The notes under the pieces: model-generated
Told to the model about the DNA's origin: nothing
The model's input: only the letters and a program-made list of their open reading frames with translations
Database searches by the model: none
In this document: positions 18,901 to 27,886 of the stretch, piece after piece
How the letters are laid out: every line of letters starts with the position of its first letter
Position numbering within the stretch: the stretch's first letter is position 1
Program-made: the position numbers and the translations under genes
Origin: Nitrososphaerota archaeon
GTDB lineage: Archaea; Thermoproteota; Nitrososphaeria; Nitrososphaerales; Nitrosopumilaceae
Length of the DNA: 48,493 bases
Reading direction: 5' to 3'
NCBI GenBank assembly: GCA_018668425.1
Contig: JABJDB010000112.1
Coordinates: 1-48,493, forward strand

Positions 18901-19391
18901 TTATTAACGTGTTTTTCAAAAAAACCTATAGCTAATTCCTGTACTTCTGATTGAATAGAACCAGGTCTTTCACTTCTAATTTTTGTAATTGCATCTTTAG
19001 CTGTAAATTTTTTATATTTTACAAAGTAACATGCTAAAATTGTTCCAGCTCTTCCCATTCCAGCAGCACAATGAACCATCACTGCATGGTTATTGTTAAT
19101 TTGTTCATGCATAAAATCTACTGCAAATTCAATTCTATCCATATCAGGTGCAGTAAAATCAGGAGTTGGGACATGTAAATAATCAATACTTTGAGTCCAA
19201 TTTTCTGGTAATGAATTTTCAGTCATAGTTACAATTGATTTAACACCTTGACCTGTAATCCATTCAAATTCCTCAAAACTAGTCGGCATTCCAGAGCCTG
19301 CTAATTTTTCTTCAATTAACCAAGAAAAGTTTGTTGGTTTTTTTGTAATTTTGCCATGAACCTTTCTCCAAATATTACCAGGTTTACTCAT
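18897..19391 (-). CDS. Dual-specificity protein phosphatase
   Basis: HCAAGMGR (CX5R) P-loop and PDF general-acid loop. Confidence 0.92.
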   Translation of the reverse strand: MSKPGNIWRKVHGKITKKPTNFSWLIEEKLAGSGMPTSFEEFEWITGQGVKSIVTMTENSLPENWTQSIDYLHVPTPDFTAPDMDRIEFAVDFMHEQINNNHAVMVHCAAGMGRAGTILACYFVKYKKFTAKDAITKIRSERPGSIQSEVQELAIGFFEKHVNN

Positions 19392-19444
19392 AGTAATTAT
19401 TGAAACTTGCCTGTTTTTAGCATTACGAAAATTTTGAGAGTAAA

Positions 19445-20086
19445 TTATGAAGCTATTGCTCTTACTGGTGAGCCTGTTGCATTTTTGAGTTTTAATGGAA
19501 GAATTGTAAATTTGAATTCTTGTGATTTTATTTTATTCAAATTTGTTAAATTTTCTACAATCAAAATATTGTTTTTTGATAAGATGTGATGAACGTTAAA
19601 TGATTCATCGTTTCCAAGATCTATACTTGGAGAATCAATTCCAACTAGATTGATTTTTTTTGATGAAAGATATTTTGCAGATGATATATCTAATCCCGGA
19701 TTTTCTGTAAAATAATTACTATTTTTTAGATTTTTTTGCCAACCAGTATAGAAAAAAACTGAAGATTGGTTTGGAATTTTCCCATAAATTTTTTCAAATG
19801 AAATAATATCAGATTTTGTGATTGTTTTGTTTTTAGTTTTTTTGAGTTTTATTAAAATTGCATTTCCAATTAATCTATCTAGAGGAATTTCATTAATTTT
19901 AAGGCCATTTTTTGTGAAATGGTATGGTGCATCAATATGAGTACCAGTGTGTGTGCTAAGAAAAAGTAATTCTAGATTGTATCCATCATCTTTTAGATTA
20001 GACCATGAAATGAATTGTGGTTTTGGGGAACCAGGAAAACTTGGAATAGATTCAGATATTGTTAGTGTAAGATCTACTGGTTTCAT
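19445..20086 (-). CDS. Cyclase family metal hydrolase (kynurenine formamidase-like)
   Basis: HTGTHIDAPYH, GIDSPS, ENL and GSPVRA motifs. Confidence 0.9.
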   Translation of the reverse strand: MKPVDLTLTISESIPSFPGSPKPQFISWSNLKDDGYNLELLFLSTHTGTHIDAPYHFTKNGLKINEIPLDRLIGNAILIKLKKTKNKTITKSDIISFEKIYGKIPNQSSVFFYTGWQKNLKNSNYFTENPGLDISSAKYLSSKKINLVGIDSPSIDLGNDESFNVHHILSKNNILIVENLTNLNKIKSQEFKFTILPLKLKNATGSPVRAIAS

Positions 20087-20161
20087 ATCAATAGACTCTG
20101 TAAGTGATTAATCAGTTTTTGAATCATCAAAAGTTAAATAGTCATTGATGAAAATTTTCTT

Positions 20162-20419
20162 GTGCCTACTGCGTATGTTTTATTGAATTCTGACTTGGGT
20201 TCAGATGAATCAATAATTAGTGAAGTAAAGCAAATTCTTGCTGATGAATCAGTAACCTATGAAGTTCAAGGTGTCTATGGGGTATACGATATAGTCTTAA
20301 AATTGACCTCTGATGACGCTGAAAAATTACGTGCAATAATTACAAACAAAATCAGAAAAATAGGTAAAGTTCAATCAACACTAACCATGATGGTTATTGA
20401 AGAACAAGAAAATCTATAA
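20162..20419 (+). CDS. Stand-alone Lrp/AsnC ligand-binding (RAM) domain protein
   Basis: AYVLL...VYGVYDIV...IRKI..VQSTLT; no HTH. Confidence 0.88.
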   Translation: MPTAYVLLNSDLGSDESIISEVKQILADESVTYEVQGVYGVYDIVLKLTSDDAEKLRAIITNKIRKIGKVQSTLTMMVIEEQENL

Positions 20420-21565
20420 TTTCTTTATTGCATCAATAACTTGAAGAATTTCAGTTTCTGAGTTAAAAAAGTGAGGAGAAGCTCTAACTATTTTTTGTTC
20501 CATAATTTCTCGTACAGCCAAAACAATATTTTGTTTTTCTAATTTATCTACCATCTCTTGTGAATCTAATCCTTTGATGTTAAATGATACAATACTTGTT
20601 CTATCATCTTGATCTTCAGGTCCATACAAAATAATATTTGGGATTTTTGATAATTCTTCTCTAAAAAGATTTGAGAGATATTGATTTTTCTTGTGAATAT
20701 TTTTCATTCCAAAGTCTAACATGTATTTTGCAGATGATTCTAATCCAACAATTCCAACATAGTTTCTAAAACCAGTTTGGAATTTATCAGGTAATTCTTT
20801 AAAAGCTAAATTTGTTTCATCATAAATAATTGCAGACTCACCGCCAATTGTTTGAGGTTCTAGTAATTCACTTGATTTTCTATTACAATAAAACAAACCA
20901 GTACCCATTGGGCCACAAAGCCATTTAGATCCATTAAATGACATAAAATCACAATTAAATTCTGACACGTCAATATCACCAATGCACCCTATAGTTTGTG
21001 CTGCATCAATAAAGAATGAAGATTTTTCTTTGACTATTTTTGCAATTTCTTTTACAGGTAAAATAGATCCAGTGTTATACAATGCGTGACTAAGTGCTAC
21101 AAGTTTTGTATTATCATCAATAAAAGATTCTAAAATATTCAAATCAAAAAAACCATTTTTATCAATAGGTAAATCTTTGATTGAAATTCTTTCTTTTAGT
21201 TTAATCCAAGGGTAAAAATTTGAATGATGTTCATGTGACATTCCACGAATAATGATATTTGATTTTTCATCAAAAGATAGTCCATTTGCTACAAAATTGA
21301 TTCCATCAGTTGTACTTTGAGTAAGAACAACTTCATCAGGTTGACAAGAAATAATTTTTGAGATAATCTTTCTTACATCCCTTAATTTTTCAGTAACAAA
21401 AGGTTCTGAATCCTTTGAATCAGGTCCAATGGAATTGTAAGATAAAAGAAAATCATTCATGGCCTCAATACTTTGTAAAGGCATTAGAGATACTGATGCA
21501 TTATTTAGATAGATTTTATCTGATTTTGGAAAATCTGCTGAAATATCTTTTGATTCTAAATTCAT
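20414..21565 (-). CDS. Class V PLP enzyme (cysteine-desulfurase fold, no catalytic Cys loop)
   Basis: YLNNAS, STT, EHHSN, DAAQ, SKWLCGP and RASPH motifs. Confidence 0.8.
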   Translation of the reverse strand: MNLESKDISADFPKSDKIYLNNASVSLMPLQSIEAMNDFLLSYNSIGPDSKDSEPFVTEKLRDVRKIISKIISCQPDEVVLTQSTTDGINFVANGLSFDEKSNIIIRGMSHEHHSNFYPWIKLKERISIKDLPIDKNGFFDLNILESFIDDNTKLVALSHALYNTGSILPVKEIAKIVKEKSSFFIDAAQTIGCIGDIDVSEFNCDFMSFNGSKWLCGPMGTGLFYCNRKSSELLEPQTIGGESAIIYDETNLAFKELPDKFQTGFRNYVGIVGLESSAKYMLDFGMKNIHKKNQYLSNLFREELSKIPNIILYGPEDQDDRTSIVSFNIKGLDSQEMVDKLEKQNIVLAVREIMEQKIVRASPHFFNSETEILQVIDAIKKL

Positions 21566-21591
21566 TATTATATCTGTAAAATGCTAAAGTA

Positions 21592-22206
21592 GTGTTGGAT
21601 AAAAGTCCTGAGTGGGTTTTAGATAATGATTTATCACTTGTTCAAAATGAATTTGGAAAAAATGTACCAAGCATAGTATTATGTTCTGAGCCATTTTACA
21701 AAGCAGAATTTCTAAACATACTAATCAATTCAGTGAAAATTCCTGTGATTTTTGTTGACATGGATTTACTATACACGGGATATGTTGAATCTGGAATGAT
21801 TCAAAAAAAAGACAATATTACAATTTTCCATCCTGAAAAAATAGATTGGAAAGAAAAATTATCAAAAATTATCACAGATGCATCAAATCAGAAAATTCTT
21901 GTTGTAATTGACTCATTTAATGGAGTCTATAACATGTTTAATGACTTGGAATCAGCAAGATTCATCAATTCGTGTATCATGTTACTTTCATCTCTAGGAA
22001 GAGAAACTAGTTCATCAATTGTTGTTTCTGCAATGGCTAGAAAAAAAGAAAATAATGAATGGGTAATTTCTCCAGGTGGAAAACAGATTATCAAATCAGA
22101 AAAAACCGGTGCGTATTTTCTAAAAAAGATTCAGGGAAATCTAATGATTAGTACTTTGGAGAATAGCGATTCTGATTCAAAAAAATTCAAAATTGAAGTA
22201 AAATAG
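21592..22206 (+). CDS. Hypothetical RecA/RadB-fold protein with a degenerate P-loop
   Basis: IFVDMD and LVVIDS (Walker B-like), PGG; no GxGK(S/T). Confidence 0.5.
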   Translation: MLDKSPEWVLDNDLSLVQNEFGKNVPSIVLCSEPFYKAEFLNILINSVKIPVIFVDMDLLYTGYVESGMIQKKDNITIFHPEKIDWKEKLSKIITDASNQKILVVIDSFNGVYNMFNDLESARFINSCIMLLSSLGRETSSSIVVSAMARKKENNEWVISPGGKQIIKSEKTGAYFLKKIQGNLMISTLENSDSDSKKFKIEVK

Positions 22207-22210
22207 ACGA

Positions 22211-22310
22211 TTTTGATGCGATCAAAAGTCAAACGGTGTTATAAAATCTGAAACGGTGTTATGGAATGAATTTTTTAGATAAATTATATAAGTAATGAAT
22301 CGCGAATTCA
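22211..22310 (+). promoter_or_regulatory. Ferredoxin promoter with palindrome, direct repeat and TATA box
   Basis: TTTTGAT-GCG-ATCAAAA (22211-27); AAACGGTGTTAT twice (22231, 22251); TTATATAA (22284-91), 26 nt before the ATG. Confidence 0.6.
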
Positions 22311-22317
22311 ATTTGTT

Positions 22318-22617
22318 ATGCCAGTAGGAATAATTCCAGACATAAGCGAACAAATGTGTATCGGATGCGCACTATGTGTAGAAATCTGTACAACACTTGG
22401 TCCTGATGTCCTTAGAGTAAAACCAGTAGAAGGCTGGAAAAGAGGCAAAGCATTTGTTTTCTACCCAGAAAGATGTATTTCTGATGGTGCATGCATCGGT
22501 GTATGCCCAACAAAAGCAATCTTTTGGATGAGACCAATGGACTTTACAGTTGGACAACCAGTCCCATTGCACAAAGACTCAGTCTTCGTCAAAGGTTGGA
22601 CTGAATTAATCGATTAG
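22318..22617 (+). CDS. Dicluster ferredoxin
   Basis: CIGCALCVEIC and CISDGACIGVCP; C-ending codons suggest high expression. Confidence 0.92.
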   Translation: MPVGIIPDISEQMCIGCALCVEICTTLGPDVLRVKPVEGWKRGKAFVFYPERCISDGACIGVCPTKAIFWMRPMDFTVGQPVPLHKDSVFVKGWTELID

Positions 22618-22658
22618 ATTAATTCAAACAATTTTTAATTTCTTTTTTATTATTTTTA
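22602..22658 (+). terminator. Hairpin over the ferredoxin stop codon followed by oligo-T tracts
   Basis: TGAATTAATC-GATTA-GATTAATTCA perfect 10-bp inverted repeat, then TTTTTAATTTCTTTTTT. Confidence 0.55.
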
Positions 22659-22659
22659 A

Positions 22660-23649
22660 TTAAACAGCACTTGATTTTGTTGGTTTTACATCAGGTTTTC
22701 TCTTTTGCCAAAGTAATGCTGTAATAAACATTACAGCGGGAATGAGAATAATGAATATCATTAATTCATAATAAACTGTCAATCTTTGAGCCGGTTTAAT
22801 ATGATAAGTTTCATGAGAAGTTTTTTCTGGGTTATCATAAACTGCTGCTGTAAAGTCTACTGAGCGCTGTGATGAATATTCGACTTCACCAAATACAGTT
22901 ACTCCTTCTTCAGCTAAAATTGATGGTGAGTGAATTCCATCTATTCTAACAATTATTGAACCAGAATCAGAAAAGACAAAATTTCTGTAATCACCACCAA
23001 TCTGATTTAATCCCTCATCACGAAAAATTTCTTTTCCATTTTGAAATATTATAAAATCATATTTCATTTTTGCAAGATTAGAATTTGTTTTTGGATCATA
23101 GAATTGATATACAAATTGTACTTTTTCATGTGTTTTGATTACTGGTGGATTCCATGATAAGTTAACTTCTATATTTCTATCAGGGGTATATTCCAATAAT
23201 GGAAATTCTAATTTTTTTCCTGTTGCATCATGAGGAAAATCTGGAATTTCTTTTTCAACAATTACAATTCCTTCCATCCATGGATGAATTATACAAAAAT
23301 ATGAAAAATTCCCTGATTCTTTAAACTCATATGACCAAGATTCACCTGGTAAGAAATTTCCACTATCAAAAATTCCATCTGCTGTTCCAAATTCTTTGTT
23401 ATCCATCCAACCAAATCGTCCTGGACCATCCCCACTAGTTACAGTATGACTTTCTCTATCATCATTGTACCAAGTAATTTTATCCCCTACTGTAACAAAA
23501 ATTTGTGGTGGATCATACCAAACTTCAGCAGGTGTGTTCAGTTCTGGATTATAGGCACCAAATGGAATATCAATAATATACTCTTCAGCATAAACTACAG
23601 ATACGGAAAAAGCCAAAATTGTAATCAAAAAAATATGAAAAATTTTCAT
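22660..23649 (-). CDS. Membrane-anchored cupredoxin (type 1 blue copper) protein
   Basis: Signal peptide, HTVTS and YFCIIHPWM Cu ligands, C-terminal TM helix. Confidence 0.88.
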   Translation of the reverse strand: MKIFHIFLITILAFSVSVVYAEEYIIDIPFGAYNPELNTPAEVWYDPPQIFVTVGDKITWYNDDRESHTVTSGDGPGRFGWMDNKEFGTADGIFDSGNFLPGESWSYEFKESGNFSYFCIIHPWMEGIVIVEKEIPDFPHDATGKKLEFPLLEYTPDRNIEVNLSWNPPVIKTHEKVQFVYQFYDPKTNSNLAKMKYDFIIFQNGKEIFRDEGLNQIGGDYRNFVFSDSGSIIVRIDGIHSPSILAEEGVTVFGEVEYSSQRSVDFTAAVYDNPEKTSHETYHIKPAQRLTVYYELMIFIILIPAVMFITALLWQKRKPDVKPTKSSAV

Positions 23650-23795
23650 ATAATAAAATAAAAAATTAGTTAATTAAACATTAATGCTAATTCTCAAAAA
23701 ATGTAAGTGGTTATCAATTTGTATAATTACTATTAAGAAAATTTACTTGAAAATAGTAGAATCATTGATATCACAAGAGAATGAATGAAAAATAA

Positions 23796-25544
23796 TTGTC
23801 ATTTACATTCAATCTTGGAAAAAAATTGATTCTTTTAGTAATGGTTGTATCAATTGTTTCTTTAACAATTACTGGATTTCTTAGTTTTAATTATGCTGAT
23901 CAAATTTTAAAGGAAAGAGTTGGAGAACAATTATTTGGAGAATCATCAATACGTGGAGATACTCTAAGATTACTAATTGAATCAAGAATAGAACAAAATA
24001 ATATTCTTGCAAATGATCCAATGATTGAGATTTTAATTTCAGAGATGAATAAAGTTTCTGAAGATAAATTAAAAGAAAAGAAAGATGTAACTAGAAAAGA
24101 TTTTTTGATTCAAGTTCAAGCATTTCAAGAATTGATTGGGTTTTCAATTGGACTTGAGGATGTAAAAATAATGCGTGCAGATGGAAAAGTGTTATTTTCT
24201 CTTATAGGGGTTAAAGATGAAAATTTCCATGATAACCAGTTTTTTCAAAGAGGAGCAATCGAATCTTTTGTTGAATTTGAATCAACAAGAAATGGTAAAA
24301 AAATGATCGTTGTTTCTCCAGTATTTGCAGATGATAGTAAAAAAGGTGACAAATCAATAGGGGTAATAATTTCAAAAATGAGGACAGAGGCAATAGATAA
24401 CATTTTGCTAGATAGAAGTGGATTAGGTGAAACAGGTGAAGTTTACATTGTTAATGAAGAATTTTTGATGCTATCAGAATCTAGATTTTTTGAAAATGCT
24501 GTGTTTCAACAAAAGGTAGACACGTTAGGAGTGCAAAAATGTTTCAACGATAATCAAGAAAATATAGGATTTTATCCAGATTATAGAAATATTCCAATTT
24601 ATGGTTCTTCATATTGTGCAAAGGATTTAGGAATTGTTTTACTTGCAGAAATTGATCAACAAGAAATAGAAAAACCAATTAATATTCTTCAAAATAGAAT
24701 ATTCCAAACTGGAATATTGATAGCTATAGGAATGGGAATTGCCGCCTTTATAATATCTAAATCATTTTCAAAACCACTTGTCAAATTGAAAAATGCTGCA
24801 AATAAAATTTCCAGTGGAAATTTTGATGTAAGAACTAACATTAAGACAGGAGATGAAATTGGAGAATTATCTCATGCATTTGATTCAATGGCACAAAAAT
24901 TACAAGAATCATTAGTTGAGATCAAACAGAAAGAAGAGGTTATCAAGCAACTTAAGGGCGGTAATTTGCTAAAATTTTCACAACGTGATGAAAATGATTG
25001 TGTAGGTGTAGTTGACATGACTAATTCTACTAAAATTTCAGACAAATTATCAGATGAAAAACTTGCTAAATTATATGAAATCTTTTTAAATTTTATGGCA
25101 AAGATTGTCATTAATCATAATGGTGAAGTGGTGAAGAATATTGGAGATGCTTTAATGTTTAGATTTCCAAATGTTAAACATAATGATTCTTTAATGATGA
25201 AAAATGTTTTGGAATGCTGTTTGGATATGATTGATTCTCATGACGGATTAAAAAAAGAACTTGAAAAAGAAAACATTCCTGCATTAGATTACAAAGTTAG
25301 TGCAACATATGGTTCAGTAAAGGTAGCTGAGAGTGTTACTTCTAACATATCTGATATTTTTGGACCTACAGTAAATCGATGTTTTAAAATTAATTCACTT
25401 TGTCCGGTGAATGGTTTAGTAGTTGGAATTAATTTGTATGAAAATTTGAAAGACTTTGCTGAATATGAATTCATACAGTTCTGTTCTATTGAATTAAAAC
25501 AAGAATATGGTTATAGTATTTTTGAAGTTAAAAGAAAAAAATAA
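23796..25544 (+). CDS. Membrane sensor (Cache-like + HAMP) class III adenylate/guanylate cyclase
   Basis: Two TMs, LGETGEVYIVN, HAMP (DEIGELSHAFDSM), VVDMTNST, KNIGDALM and DIFGPTVN motifs. Confidence 0.85.
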   Translation: MSFTFNLGKKLILLVMVVSIVSLTITGFLSFNYADQILKERVGEQLFGESSIRGDTLRLLIESRIEQNNILANDPMIEILISEMNKVSEDKLKEKKDVTRKDFLIQVQAFQELIGFSIGLEDVKIMRADGKVLFSLIGVKDENFHDNQFFQRGAIESFVEFESTRNGKKMIVVSPVFADDSKKGDKSIGVIISKMRTEAIDNILLDRSGLGETGEVYIVNEEFLMLSESRFFENAVFQQKVDTLGVQKCFNDNQENIGFYPDYRNIPIYGSSYCAKDLGIVLLAEIDQQEIEKPINILQNRIFQTGILIAIGMGIAAFIISKSFSKPLVKLKNAANKISSGNFDVRTNIKTGDEIGELSHAFDSMAQKLQESLVEIKQKEEVIKQLKGGNLLKFSQRDENDCVGVVDMTNSTKISDKLSDEKLAKLYEIFLNFMAKIVINHNGEVVKNIGDALMFRFPNVKHNDSLMMKNVLECCLDMIDSHDGLKKELEKENIPALDYKVSATYGSVKVAESVTSNISDIFGPTVNRCFKINSLCPVNGLVVGINLYENLKDFAEYEFIQFCSIELKQEYGYSIFEVKRKK

Positions 25545-25585
25545 TCAAAATAATTTTTCTTAGAGTAAATAAAATTCAACAAGTA

Positions 25586-25960
25586 CTATTCAGTATCTTT
25601 TTGAGAATTAAGTGCAGAATGTACATAATCAATGATTTTTAAATAATCTGCTCGTGGTTCTGTACTAATTAGAAATAATTCGCTAGAGTTTATTGGAATA
25701 CTCATCATTGTTACTTTTTCATATTCAGTAATTGACGATTTTTCATGACCAATTCTATATGCCAAATTGGTATAAAGATCTCTTTTCTGTATTGCATAAT
25801 GAATTGACATTTTTACATCATCATCAGACAATAATCGTTCAGTATTCTCTTTTTGTCCACCTGCAGTTATTACTCCTTTATTGTTTGCAACACCTGCAAA
25901 TCTTATTTGAGGATCTAGATCAAGAATTTGTTTTGATAATTCATCATAATTAATAGCCAA
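25586..25960 (-). CDS. Roadblock/profilin-like small protein (DUF6659-like thaumarchaeal family)
   Basis: ILDLDPQIRFAGV..G...YEKV...P...LLIST pattern. Confidence 0.6.
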   Translation of the reverse strand: MAINYDELSKQILDLDPQIRFAGVANNKGVITAGGQKENTERLLSDDDVKMSIHYAIQKRDLYTNLAYRIGHEKSSITEYEKVTMMSIPINSSELFLISTEPRADYLKIIDYVHSALNSQKDTE

Positions 25961-25974
25961 TTTTTATCACAGAA

Positions 25975-27285
25975 TTACTTCTTTTTGAACAGTATTTCAT
26001 CTTTTTCCTGCAAATCTTCTGTGAACGTATCCATATCTAACATGAATTCCTCTTCATCAGAATACGCAGATTCTGCATGCTCGCTAATATCTAATCCAAT
26101 ATCTTCTACTTCTGGAGAAACTCTAATTCCAATAAGATGTTTGAGTATTTGTAAAATTATCCAAGTACCACCAAATCCCATTACAGCTGCAACACCAACA
26201 CCTACTGCTTGAATCCATAGTTGATCAGGATTACCAAACAGTAAACCATCAACACCACCAGGATTGATTGCAGTACTTGCAAATATTCCAATTGCTAATG
26301 CACCAACAATTCCTGCAACGCCGTGTACAGAACTTACATCAAGTGCATCATCAATCTTTAATTTTTCTTTGAACAGTACTACTCCAGAGTATGAGATTAC
26401 ACCAATTGCAATACCAATTACAAATGCATGTTCTACACTAACAAATCCTGATGCCGGTGTAATACCTGCAAGACCTGCAATTGCACCGTTAATTGTTGCA
26501 ACAACAGAAGGTTTTCCAGTTCTAATCCATGAAAGACCAGCCCAAATTAAAGCAGAAATTGATGAAGCCATGTGAGTTACAATTACAGTATTTCCTGCAA
26601 CTCCACCAGATGCAGACAATGCACTTCCGGCATTAAATCCAAACCATCCTAACCACAATAATGAAGAGCCGAGTACGGCTAGTGGAATACTATGTGGAAT
26701 CATTATGGCAGGACCATAGTTTCTTCTTTTACCTAATACTAGTGCGGCAGCAAGAGCTGCCATTCCTACACTTGTGTGAATTACAATACCACCAGCAAAG
26801 TCAACAACACCTAATTGTGCTAACCAACCACCACCCCAGACCCAGTGGACTAGAGGGTAATAGATTAGCATTGACCATGCTGCAATGAAAATAATAAATG
26901 AACTAAATTTCATTCGTTCAGCTATTGTTCCTGTAAGTAATAGAGGAGTAATTGCTGCAAACATCAATTGGAATTTTACAAATAACATACCAGGAATTGT
27001 TGGTGCATATTGTTCCAATGGAGCATCAGCAGGAATTCCTTTGAGAAATACCCATTCAGTATCTCCAATTAATCCCAAAGTAGATTCTCCAAATGATAAA
27101 CTAAATCCGAAAATAAACCACATAACACTAAGCATTGCTAAACCAAAGAAGATTTGCATGAAAATGGAAGCTGCATTTTTCTTTCTTAATAATCCAGATT
27201 CAAAGAGGCCTAATGCGGGAATCATCAACAATACGAGACTTCCAGCTACGAGCATCCATGCTGTATCTCCAGAATCAAGTACCAT
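25975..27285 (-). CDS. amt: Ammonium transporter
   Basis: DSGDTAW, FQLMFA, AER, DFAGG, twin His (VIHT, SVHG), WFGFN and DDAL motifs. Confidence 0.97.
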   Translation of the reverse strand: MVLDSGDTAWMLVAGSLVLLMIPALGLFESGLLRKKNAASIFMQIFFGLAMLSVMWFIFGFSLSFGESTLGLIGDTEWVFLKGIPADAPLEQYAPTIPGMLFVKFQLMFAAITPLLLTGTIAERMKFSSFIIFIAAWSMLIYYPLVHWVWGGGWLAQLGVVDFAGGIVIHTSVGMAALAAALVLGKRRNYGPAIMIPHSIPLAVLGSSLLWLGWFGFNAGSALSASGGVAGNTVIVTHMASSISALIWAGLSWIRTGKPSVVATINGAIAGLAGITPASGFVSVEHAFVIGIAIGVISYSGVVLFKEKLKIDDALDVSSVHGVAGIVGALAIGIFASTAINPGGVDGLLFGNPDQLWIQAVGVGVAAVMGFGGTWIILQILKHLIGIRVSPEVEDIGLDISEHAESAYSDEEEFMLDMDTFTEDLQEKDEILFKKK

Positions 27286-27326
27286 TAATTGGAAAAATCA
27301 ATTTTAAATTAATAACACTAACTATT

Positions 27327-27359
27327 TTTGATTATCAAATGATTATCATTTAGTCATCA
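27327..27359. promoter_or_regulatory. Phased palindrome array in the divergent amt/PII promoter
   Basis: TGATTATCA at 27329 and 27340, degenerate TAGTCATCA at 27351; 11-bp period. Confidence 0.5.
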
Positions 27360-27401
27360 AAATAAGAAATTATATTTGTGTAAAAAATTTATGGATATTA
27401 A

Positions 27402-27743
27402 ATGCTAAAAATCGAAATTATCCTTGGTGAAAATGACGTAATGGCAATTAGTGAAGGATTAAAAAAAATTGGTATTGGAGGCCTTACAGTTTCCAAAGTT
27501 AGAGGAAGAGGAAAAAGACCAGGACCAGAAATTCACGCATCTAAAGGAAGTGAGATTTTTACACCTCAGTTTAATGAGAAATACAAAATGGAAGCAATCA
27601 TTCCAGAATCAAAAGAAGATGAAGTAGTTAACATTATCAAATCAAATGGAAGAATAGGAAAAATTTTCGTATCTCAAATTTTACGAGCAGTAGATATCGC
27701 AACAAGTGAAGAAGGCGATGAAACAATTTGGAAAAATAAGTAA
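27402..27743 (+). CDS. P-II family nitrogen regulator (non-canonical)
   Basis: KIEII, GLTVSKVRGRG and GKIFVS; divergent from amt. Confidence 0.88.
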   Translation: MLKIEIILGENDVMAISEGLKKIGIGGLTVSKVRGRGKRPGPEIHASKGSEIFTPQFNEKYKMEAIIPESKEDEVVNIIKSNGRIGKIFVSQILRAVDIATSEEGDETIWKNK

Positions 27744-27754
27744 AAAGAAAGATC

Positions 27755-27886
27755 ATGGATTTTTTACGAAAAAGCAAATTATTTCAAAGACAAAAAATGC
27801 AACCAATAAAAGGTAAAGATTACCTCAAAGTTGTTGCAATTGTTGGAATTATTGTTGTACCAGTAGTTGTTGGTTTAGTTATATGA
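27755..27886 (+). CDS. 43-aa single-TM micro-protein
   Basis: Manual translation: MDFLRKSKLFQRQKMQPIKGKDYLKVVAIVGIIVVPVVVGLVI. Confidence 0.55.
   Translation: MDFLRKSKLFQRQKMQPIKGKDYLKVVAIVGIIVVPVVVGLVI

Noticed and set aside
22231-22262. Direct repeat as a CRISPR or replication-origin (ORB) element
   Set aside because: Only two 12-bp units with an 8-bp gap, no cas or cdc6 nearby, and no ORB consensus
23700-23775. TGGTTATCA and TGATATCA upstream of the cyclase as copies of the amt operator
   Set aside because: Single degenerate copies in AT-rich DNA, expected by chance
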